NCBI GenBank assembly: GCA_009784615.1
Contig: WRBJ01000005.1
Location: forward strand, 4,775-68,774
Source of the DNA: Defluviitaleaceae bacterium
Lineage (GTDB): Bacteria > Bacillota > Clostridia > Lachnospirales > WRAX01
Length of the DNA: 64,000 nt
Reading direction: 5' to 3'
Positions 25,755 to 32,754 of this stretch are shown piece by piece. The notes beneath the pieces were generated by a model, which saw nothing but the letters and a program-made list of their open reading frames with translations, was not told where the DNA came from and did no database searches. Position numbers and translations under genes: made by a program. Within the stretch, counting starts at the first letter, position 1; each line of letters begins with the position of its first letter.

Positions 25755-26900
25755 ATGGAAAAAATTAACAAAATAACAAGAGAGCAAAAGATGTCTACAG
25801 CTAGAAAATTTTTGTTAATAGGATTTTTGGTGCTTATTGTATCTATTTTGCTCTATTGGGGTTTTGCTATGTACAATATAAATTATGCGGCATATCCCCA
25901 TAGTGACATTTTTACGCAAGATTCGGTAACTGCTACAACGGTTGCCAGCAAAGACGCACAGTCTACAGAAACCGCACGTAAAGCCGTAGTACCTGTTGGA
26001 ATTACGGCAGGCGTGCGGTTTTACACGCAAGGCATAATGGTTTTGGGTATTGGTGATGTAATAATGGCTGACGGTGGTAGGGTTTCGCCTAGTTCTGGCA
26101 AACTGGCGGCTGGGGATATTGTAACAAAGGTAGACGGCAACACAGTGGAAAATATTGAACAAATGACATATGCCATCAATGCCGCAAACTTTGCCGTAAC
26201 TCTTGAGGTAATGCGGAATGGACAAAGCAAGGACGTAAAAATAACCCCTGCAAAAGCTGATGACGGAACGGCAAAAATTGGTTGTTGGGTGCGAGATTCC
26301 ACACAAGGCATAGGTACAATAACCTATTATTGTCCACATACAAAATGTTTTGGAGCATTAGGGCACGGTATAATGGATGTTGACACAGGCAAATTGCTTA
26401 GTGTGCGTTGTGGACATATGCTTAAATCCAATATAATAAACATTAGAAGGGGTGAAAAGGGCGAGCCAGGCGAGCTTATAGGTGAGATAAACGAAAAATC
26501 TATCCTAGGCGACATAACAAAAAACACGCCGCTTGGGTTGTATGGCTCGATAAACCAGAATCACCCCGACCTGCCACGTGCGACATTTACCATTGCTAAC
26601 CATAACGAAATAACTCGTGGTCCTGCTAAAATCTTTTCCAATATCGAGGGTGGCGGCATACAATCTTATGATGTTTTTATAGAAAGTATTAACCAAGACC
26701 CTGCCGCTGATAAGGGTATGGTGGTGCGTATAACCGACCAAGCCTTAATAAAACGCACAGGCGGCATAGTGCAGGGTATGAGCGGTAGCCCGATAACGCA
26801 GGGCGATAAAATTATTGGTGCAATAACCCACGTTTTTGTGCAAAATCCTTTGCGTGGTTATGCTATACACATAGAAAAAATGCTGGCGCAGCATAAGTGA
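25755..26900 (+). CDS. spoIVB: SpoIVB peptidase (S55), stage IV sporulation signalling protease
   Basis: N-terminal TM helix, PDZ-like region, catalytic-Ser motif GMSGSPI, and HVF near the C-terminus. Confidence 0.9.
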   Translation: MEKINKITREQKMSTARKFLLIGFLVLIVSILLYWGFAMYNINYAAYPHSDIFTQDSVTATTVASKDAQSTETARKAVVPVGITAGVRFYTQGIMVLGIGDVIMADGGRVSPSSGKLAAGDIVTKVDGNTVENIEQMTYAINAANFAVTLEVMRNGQSKDVKITPAKADDGTAKIGCWVRDSTQGIGTITYYCPHTKCFGALGHGIMDVDTGKLLSVRCGHMLKSNIINIRRGEKGEPGELIGEINEKSILGDITKNTPLGLYGSINQNHPDLPRATFTIANHNEITRGPAKIFSNIEGGGIQSYDVFIESINQDPAADKGMVVRITDQALIKRTGGIVQGMSGSPITQGDKIIGAITHVFVQNPLRGYAIHIEKMLAQHK

Positions 26901-26930
26901 AGTTATTAGAGTTTATTTGGAGGCGAAAAT

Positions 26931-27236
26931 ATGGATATGAATACAAATGGCAATAATTTTAGTTTATCGGCTTTGCCGAAAATGGCGATGGAAATACCGA
27001 CGGTTAATGATAGTGCCGCTTATATTACTGCTCTTGTAAAAGATGAGGGCAGGGTAACGGGCTATCAATTGTCAAATGGGCAAGTGCTTGATAAAGACAC
27101 GGCTGTTGCAATGGCAAGGCAGGGTGGTATAATGGGTGTTGGTATTTCGGAAAGGGATGGAAGCGAGTATCTAAAGTCTATACCCGATGGAACAGAAGGT
27201 AATAACTTAGGTAATTTGCCGTCTATAGCAACTTAA
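26931..27236 (+). CDS. DUF3892-domain protein
   Basis: ITALVKDEGRVTGYQLSNGQVLDKDTAV...EYLKSIPDGTEGNNLGNLP pattern remembered from the DUF3892 family. Confidence 0.6.
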   Translation: MDMNTNGNNFSLSALPKMAMEIPTVNDSAAYITALVKDEGRVTGYQLSNGQVLDKDTAVAMARQGGIMGVGISERDGSEYLKSIPDGTEGNNLGNLPSIAT

Positions 27237-27328
27237 CCTTCTGTAGTCCCCCCGACTGCGTCAAACACGCCGTTGGAACCCGTCGTGTTTAACTTGCGGC
27301 GGGACAACAGAAGCTAAAGTTGCTCTAT
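27225..27328. repeat. long imperfect inverted repeat / extended hairpin (about 104 nt) overlapping the stop codon of the DUF3892 gene
   Basis: Paired blocks are CAACTT/AAGTTG, CTTCTGT/ACAGAAG (27238-27244 with 27307-27313), GTCCC/GGGAC, and AAACACG/CGTGTTT (27263-27269 with 27284-27290). Confidence 0.6.
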
Positions 27329-27359
27329 TTCTCCAAATAGTTTTAGTTAAGAAATTAGC

Positions 27360-27394
27360 AAAGGCGTAACGCAAGTTAATGCGATACGCCTTTT
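27360..27394. terminator. bidirectional hairpin terminator between convergent genes
   Basis: AAAGGCGTA...TACGCCTTT with the inner stem CGCA/TGCG, followed by TTTTGGTTT on the plus strand. Confidence 0.65.
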
Positions 27395-27401
27395 GGTTTA
27401 A

Positions 27402-28592
27402 TTAATTTATAATAAGAGGTGCGTTGGATGTGGCTAGTTCCATATCCACTTTTTTTAATGCGGCTTCGTAGTTTGAAGATTTTGCTTCTACAAAAGAGCT
27501 GTCGTTACGGGTGTAATTCATACTTACCAAGCCCAATTTTACATTATCCAATGCGGCGTGGGCTTTTATATTGTAGCCTATTGTAGTGTAGGTTGGTAAA
27601 ACAACGGACATTTTGCCGTTTGATGTTTCTACATTCCATTTATAACTATCGTGGGCGGATAGGTTTGCTATTTGCATATCAATACCGCCGTTAAAGGTGT
27701 TGGTTTTTAATGTGCCAATGTCTACCTTGTTAATATTAATTGCGCCGTTAAAGTTTTCGATATTGGCGGTGGTTGCTGTTGTGTCTTTTATCGCAAGGTT
27801 GCCGTTATTAGATTCTACTGTCAAATTAACGGCAGAAACCCCGACAATTTCTGTTTGCCCATTCATATTTTCCGCATATACATATTGAGAGCTTACTGTC
27901 GAAAGGCTTAAATCGCCGTTTATTGTGGACACCTTTATATTATTAAACATTGTTTCGGGTACGAAAGCGTCTATACATACACGCTCGAAATCGTTTTCGT
28001 CAAACGACAAATAATATTTGTTGCCCAATGTGGCAAGCTGTGCTTTTGCACCCGCACGTTTTGCGATTGTGAAAATTTTTGCGGATATTTTGTCGCCGTT
28101 ATAGCCTTTTACAAGCACTTGACCATTTAAGCCTGCTAGGTTAAGCTCTGCGCCGCTTTCGGTTACTTTTATTTCTATAACTTCTTCAACGCCGCCTGTT
28201 CCCGTTGCTGGTGCGGCGGCACGTGGTGGCACAGCACCAGACTGCCCGCCTATCCCTGTTGGTGGCGCATAACTGCTTTTTGGTGCGCCGTGGCTTGAAA
28301 GGCTTTTTGAAATACTTTCGGCGGCAGAAGCCGTTTTGCTTACAACCACTTCGGTTGCTTTTTTAATTTTTGGCTCTACGGTTTTTGCAAATTCGCTTAA
28401 TTTGCGCCCCATAGAATCTACAGCAGATTCTGGATGTGGCGGCGCATTTGGGCGTGGAGCATCCGTTACACGTGGCGCAGACATTGGCGTAGCAGAGCCG
28501 CTTTCGGCACCTGCCAAAAGACGAGCCGCCTCGTCAGCATTAATTTTACCGTCTTGCAACATTTTTAATATCATCATTTTTTCTGATTGCAT
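27402..28592 (-). CDS. YvlB/LiaX-like envelope-stress protein (N-terminal helical ILKMLQDGKINADEAARLL motif plus a DUF4097 beta-helix)
   Basis: The N-terminal motif and the repetitive NG-rich C-terminal beta-strand repeats match my memory of the YvlB/LiaX architecture. Confidence 0.6.
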   Translation of the reverse strand: MQSEKMMILKMLQDGKINADEAARLLAGAESGSATPMSAPRVTDAPRPNAPPHPESAVDSMGRKLSEFAKTVEPKIKKATEVVVSKTASAAESISKSLSSHGAPKSSYAPPTGIGGQSGAVPPRAAAPATGTGGVEEVIEIKVTESGAELNLAGLNGQVLVKGYNGDKISAKIFTIAKRAGAKAQLATLGNKYYLSFDENDFERVCIDAFVPETMFNNIKVSTINGDLSLSTVSSQYVYAENMNGQTEIVGVSAVNLTVESNNGNLAIKDTTATTANIENFNGAININKVDIGTLKTNTFNGGIDMQIANLSAHDSYKWNVETSNGKMSVVLPTYTTIGYNIKAHAALDNVKLGLVSMNYTRNDSSFVEAKSSNYEAALKKVDMELATSNAPLIIN

Positions 28593-28688
28593 AATTTATC
28601 CTCCCGTTAATCACAAACCTCTTTTTAGTATATACGTAAGATTGCATAATAAGTTTATAACATTTTTGAAAAAAATGCAATAATGTCT

Positions 28689-28717
28689 TTGCAAAATTGT
28701 GCGGGATATGATAGAAT
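28689..28717 (+). promoter_or_regulatory. sigma-A-type promoter (TTGCAA-17 bp-TAGAAT)
   Basis: TTGCAA at 28689-28694, 17-bp spacer, TAGAAT at 28712-28717. About 35 nt upstream of ATG 28751. Confidence 0.45.
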
Positions 28718-28750
28718 TAAAACAACGATTTTATCAAAGGGGTGTTTATT

Positions 28751-29227
28751 ATGGCTAATGCGGCAAAAGTGCAAGAACGGCGTAATGCTATTGTTATTAT
28801 TATATTAATGTTAATTTTGATAGCCGCCGGTATATTTGTTGGCACAAGGTTTATTGTGGCGCAGGCAGATACACGTATGGTTGCTATCCCACCTGTGCAT
28901 ACATCTTTGCGTGGCGCAGACGGCTCGCAGACGGTTTTTGGCGCAAGGGTTGTGCTGGAAGTAGACAGCGGCACGGGCAATATTGACACACAACGGATGT
29001 ATACGGAAATAAGGTCGGCAATTGATGCATTGTCAATTGAAGAAGTGTCGGGTTTTGACGGCACAAATATTATGCGCAATGCTGTGCGAGAGCGTATCGC
29101 AGACCATTTTGGCGAAGGCGAGCTTGTTGGTGTATTATTTACCGACATCGTCAGCGACATACCAATGCGCAGGGACGAGCCGCAACGTAACAATACAATA
29201 TTTGATGCAATATTTGGCCCAAGATAA
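28751..29227 (+). CDS. membrane-anchored hypothetical protein with FliL-like architecture
   Basis: AAGGGG RBS, one N-terminal TM helix, then a soluble domain of about 120 aa. The similarity to FliL concerns layout only. Confidence 0.35.
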   Translation: MANAAKVQERRNAIVIIILMLILIAAGIFVGTRFIVAQADTRMVAIPPVHTSLRGADGSQTVFGARVVLEVDSGTGNIDTQRMYTEIRSAIDALSIEEVSGFDGTNIMRNAVRERIADHFGEGELVGVLFTDIVSDIPMRRDEPQRNNTIFDAIFGPR

Positions 29228-29228
29228 A

Positions 29229-29260
29229 ATAAGGCGACCACCATCGGTCGCCTTATTTTT
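29229..29260. terminator. bidirectional intrinsic terminator
   Basis: ATAAGGCGACC-ACCAT-GGTCGCCTTAT with 11 bp of pairing, flanked by an A-run and a T-run. Confidence 0.8.
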
Positions 29261-29844
29261 TACGAACCAAAATCTTCCAAAGCCCGCAACAATTCGTCAT
29301 TGCCCGTTACACGTATACCTTCTATTAGGCGTTGTTGTTCTTCTTGCGCTAATGCAGATATTGGGCGGTTTGTCAGCTCTTTTATATCGCCTGTTTCGTC
29401 GTCATAAAAAACCGCAATAAAACCTTCGTGTATAGATATAATGTATTGGCGGTGAAAAAGGGCAGTGTCTTGACGCAAATGCACTTGTTCGGATGTAAAA
29501 GACAATATTTCCCAATCGGCAAAAACAGCCACAAGCTCATCTTTGGCTAACCCTAGCAAAAACGGCGAAGGATGTTCCGACACGCTATCAAACCCGCCAG
29601 TTTCACGCTGATAATAATCAAATGTCATAACAGTGGACGGCGATATTCTGTCAATGCCATCAGTGTGTAATACAATTTCGGGCAGGTCTTCATTTTGGAC
29701 ATCATCCACAACCTCGCCATCATACACAACGGGCGTTACAGGCACATCCGTCCTATCCGCCATCAACGAAAACACCATAATACCGCCCAAAGACATCATC
29801 GCAACCATCATCAGCACTACCAAAATATACATAACTCTTTTCAT
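29260..29844 (-). CDS. membrane-anchored protein with a BofC C-terminal-domain-like region
   Basis: N-terminal TM helix. The C-terminal GFIAVFYDDETGDIKELTNRPISALAQEEQQRLIEGIRV pattern resembles the BofC_C domain. Confidence 0.35.
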   Translation of the reverse strand: MKRVMYILVVLMMVAMMSLGGIMVFSLMADRTDVPVTPVVYDGEVVDDVQNEDLPEIVLHTDGIDRISPSTVMTFDYYQRETGGFDSVSEHPSPFLLGLAKDELVAVFADWEILSFTSEQVHLRQDTALFHRQYIISIHEGFIAVFYDDETGDIKELTNRPISALAQEEQQRLIEGIRVTGNDELLRALEDFGS

Positions 29845-29959
29845 AACAACCGCTTCCTTAATGGGTTTGACCCCTTTTTATAAGGAAGTATTTACATTTT
29901 ATGGTACTTTTATACATTAATCAGTTTGACAAGATTATACAAAAAATAAAAAAAAGCCC

Positions 29960-29988
29960 TTGACAAGAGCCAAACAATAGTATACAAT
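29960..29988 (+). promoter_or_regulatory. sigma-A-type promoter of leader copy 2 (TTGACA-17 bp-TACAAT) with upstream A-tract
   Basis: AAAAAAAAGCCCTTGACA at 29960-29965, 17-bp spacer, TACAAT at 29983-29988. Confidence 0.65.
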
Positions 29989-29994
29989 CAATAT

Positions 29995-30190
29995 CGGGAG
30001 TATTTCAAAGGACTTGGTGCATAAGCAATATGCTTGTTGGGTGAAACACAACGTCAAAGTACCCACCCAACAAGCAACCACTAAGTCCTCAGACCTAAGG
30101 TGATATTATCACATTTAGGTCTACTTGTCAAGCACATCTTTAGCGATGTGCCAAAAACAAAAATCTGACCTGAAAGGTGGTATTTTTTTA
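29995..30190 (+). ncRNA. copy 2 of the conserved structured leader (unclassified cis-regulatory RNA candidate)
   Basis: P1 pairs 30010-30019 with 30079-30088. P2 pairs 30032-30043 with 30064-30075. Alternative stems are 30091-30098/30115-30122 and 30114-30121/30167-30174. The SD lies at 30173-30180. Confidence 0.6.
30103..30131 (-). promoter_or_regulatory. consensus promoter antisense to leader copy 2 (TTGACA-17 bp-TAATAT)
   Basis: The minus strand reads TTGACA (30131-30126), a 17-bp spacer, then TGaTAATAT (-10 at 30108-30103). Same architecture as 9123-9151. Confidence 0.5.
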
Positions 30191-30532
30191 ATGAACAGGG
30201 ATTTTAGGTACATGCAAGATGTTGGCACAAGGACAATTTGCAAACAAAACATGATGTTTTTGCCGCAAGATTTAACCGACCATTTGCGGCTGGTAGAAGG
30301 CTCTTTGTTTTCTTTATTACCTATGGGTAGCATAGTGATATTGCGGTTGTTAAAGGAAGATGACGACAAACATCAACATTATTTTACAACATCTATGGAT
30401 TTGTTAGGCAGAATTGAAATACCCAAAGTATTAAGAGAAGCTATGGGTTGGGATTGTAAGGAAAGATATGACATATCTGTTTATTATGTTGATGACGAGA
30501 TGGTTATTTTACAAAAATATGTTAATAAATAA
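30191..30532 (+). CDS. 113-aa protein with a C-terminal SpoVT/AbrB-type swapped-hairpin domain and a possible second degenerate copy at the N-terminus
   Basis: LGRIEIPKVLREAMGWDCKERYDISVYYVDDEMVILQK matches the AbrB/MazE/SpoVT pattern. ATG 30191 is preceded by GAAAGGTGG. The track ORF from 30125 runs through the leader. Confidence 0.6.
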   Translation: MNRDFRYMQDVGTRTICKQNMMFLPQDLTDHLRLVEGSLFSLLPMGSIVILRLLKEDDDKHQHYFTTSMDLLGRIEIPKVLREAMGWDCKERYDISVYYVDDEMVILQKYVNK

Positions 30533-30535
30533 AAC

Positions 30536-30562
30536 AAGGGCGACCAAAACACGGTCGCCCTT
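30536..30562. terminator. bidirectional intrinsic terminator
   Basis: AAGGGCGACC-AAAACAC-GGTCGCCCTT followed by TCCTTTAT. Confidence 0.75.
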
Positions 30563-30573
30563 TCCTTTATATA

Positions 30574-32649
30574 TCAATTGTTTTTTATTGCGTTTGTATG
30601 GCAGGCGGTTATACATTTGCCGCAGGAAGCACAGTCGGCTTCTGGCGGCGGCGGGTATTTTACCAAAGACACCCTTGTGTCAAGGCTTTTGCCTGCTAGG
30701 GCTGGCGTGTTTATGCCAAGAGCTTCACGGCAAGCACGCACGCATAACCCGCAAAACACGCATTTTGTTTGGTCAAGATTAATTGTTTTATTAATCTCTA
30801 TAGGCGGCTCGGTTAAAGCGGCGGCTTTTATGGCTTTTGCGGCTTTTTGTTCTTGGGCTTCTACCACCCTTTGTATTGGGTCGTATCTTTTTGGTGCAAT
30901 GTCGTATCTTGCGGCGTATTCTAGCAATTTGCATCTGTGATAGTCTTTGCAACCGCATTTTAAACAACGCTTTGCTTCTGCTTTTACGGCATTTTCTGGC
31001 AATGGCAGGTTTACTGGTGCAAAGTCTTTGTTGCGTTCGCTTCCATCACGGCGTGGTATCGCAATACGTGGGTCTTTAGAAACAGGCCCCTTTGGTTCGT
31101 CTTTTAATGCAAAGTCGTAACCGCCAGAATATGTACGACAACCTTCTGGCGATAGCAAACATCTGTCCATAGTTTGCACAACCTTGCTTGCGTCGGATAT
31201 AGATTCTATCGCAATGCCTGCGCCACGGTCGGCTACGTCGCCTATGGCAAACACGCCAGGTATGTTTGTTGCAAAGGTTTCGTCAATATCCACATTTTGC
31301 CCACGGTTTAGTTTCAACGCTTCAAAGCCGTCCATAACAGCCCATTGACCAATGGCGACTATAACCGCATCAACATCCAAAAGCTCTGTTTTGCCTTCAA
31401 CGGCAACGGGGCGACGACGACCTTGGTTGTCGGGTTCGCCTAATTCCATAATTTGCAAATTTATTGCAGAAACTTTGCCGTCTTTGCCAATAATTTCTAA
31501 AGGATTGGTTAGGTATCTAAAAATTACGCCTTCTTCATCGGCTTCTTCAATTTCAATTTCGCAGGCGGGCATTTCGTCCCGTGTACGGCGATAGATGTTG
31601 TAAACCTGTGCCGCACCAAGGCGTGTTGCCGTACGGCAAGCGTCCATTGCGGTGTTGCCGCCGCCAACAACGGCTATTTTTTTGCCTGCAAAATTGGGTG
31701 CATTGTCTGTTATTACATCACGCAAAAAGTCAATGCCGCCATAAACACCTTGCAAATCTTCGCCTTTGCAGCCAAGCGGGGCGGCTTTCCACGCACCAAC
31801 CGCTACAACCACGGCATCATAGCCTTTTTGCAAGTCTTGCAGGGTTTTGTCCTTACCTATCTTTATATTGTTATGAAAAGCAACGCCCATTCCTTTAATC
31901 GCCGCAATTTCTGCATCTAAAATATTTTTAGGCAAGCGATATTCGGGTATGCCATAGCGCAACATACCGCCCATTTGCGGCATTGCTTCAAAGATAACCG
32001 CACCGTGTCCTAAACGGCGCAAAAAGTAAGCCACGGCAAGCCCGCCGGGCCCGCCGCCAATTATGGCGACGGTTTTGCCCGTTGGTTTGCCCACGTCGGG
32101 TACATATATCTTGCCGCTTTCCATATCCAAATTTGCGACAAATTCTTTTATAGTGCCGATAGAAATAGGTGCGCCACGGCGGCGGCAAGCACTTTCGCAA
32201 GGGCGGGGACAAACACGCCCAATGCTTGCGGGTAGCGGTATTTTTTCTTTAGCTGTCTTTAAAGCCAACGCATAGTCGCCGTTTGCCGCCATTCTTACGT
32301 ATCTTTGGCAGTCTGTGTATGCAGGGCAAGCCATTTGGCAAGGCGGGCGGCAATTTATGCGATGTTCGCTTAACATTAAATTTAATATAGCACGGCAGTT
32401 TTCGTGAACCCGTCGATTATTTGTATAAATTACCATTCCGTCGGCAATTTCTGTAGAGCAAGCCCGCACAAGTTTATCATTGCCTTTAACCTCTACGGCG
32501 CAAATGCCGCAGGATGTGTATGTACAAACAAGGTCGCTGTGGCATAGTTTTGGAATTTCTATGCCGTTTTCGTGTGCTACATCATAAATCATCTGACCCA
32601 GCGAGCCTTCTACGTATATGCCATCAATATGAAGTTTAACCGTATCCAA
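30574..32649 (-). CDS. multi-cluster iron-sulfur flavoprotein: N-terminal 2Fe-2S/NuoG-like domain, GltD-like NAD(P)H:FAD oxidoreductase, C-terminal 4Fe-4S ferredoxin domain
   Basis: N-terminal Cys-rich 2Fe-2S pattern, GGGPGGLAVAYFL dinucleotide fold, GltD-like RYGIPEYRLPK, and C-terminal CxxCxxCxxxC motifs. Confidence 0.75.
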   Translation of the reverse strand: MDTVKLHIDGIYVEGSLGQMIYDVAHENGIEIPKLCHSDLVCTYTSCGICAVEVKGNDKLVRACSTEIADGMVIYTNNRRVHENCRAILNLMLSEHRINCRPPCQMACPAYTDCQRYVRMAANGDYALALKTAKEKIPLPASIGRVCPRPCESACRRRGAPISIGTIKEFVANLDMESGKIYVPDVGKPTGKTVAIIGGGPGGLAVAYFLRRLGHGAVIFEAMPQMGGMLRYGIPEYRLPKNILDAEIAAIKGMGVAFHNNIKIGKDKTLQDLQKGYDAVVVAVGAWKAAPLGCKGEDLQGVYGGIDFLRDVITDNAPNFAGKKIAVVGGGNTAMDACRTATRLGAAQVYNIYRRTRDEMPACEIEIEEADEEGVIFRYLTNPLEIIGKDGKVSAINLQIMELGEPDNQGRRRPVAVEGKTELLDVDAVIVAIGQWAVMDGFEALKLNRGQNVDIDETFATNIPGVFAIGDVADRGAGIAIESISDASKVVQTMDRCLLSPEGCRTYSGGYDFALKDEPKGPVSKDPRIAIPRRDGSERNKDFAPVNLPLPENAVKAEAKRCLKCGCKDYHRCKLLEYAARYDIAPKRYDPIQRVVEAQEQKAAKAIKAAALTEPPIEINKTINLDQTKCVFCGLCVRACREALGINTPALAGKSLDTRVSLVKYPPPPEADCASCGKCITACHTNAIKNN

Positions 32650-32754
32650 ACATTTTCCTCCTTAGACGAACTTCTAATGACATAATTGTACTACATCAAG
32701 CAACAAAAATCAATATTATAAGATATGTTATGTTTTTAACCTATATTGTTAAAT

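Noticed and set aside
28717-29244. 175-aa minus-strand ORF overlapping the 28751-29227 plus-strand ORF
   Set aside because: The plus-strand product has an RBS, a clean TM helix and balanced composition. The minus-strand product is Ser/Thr/Ile-rich low complexity, typical of antisense translation.
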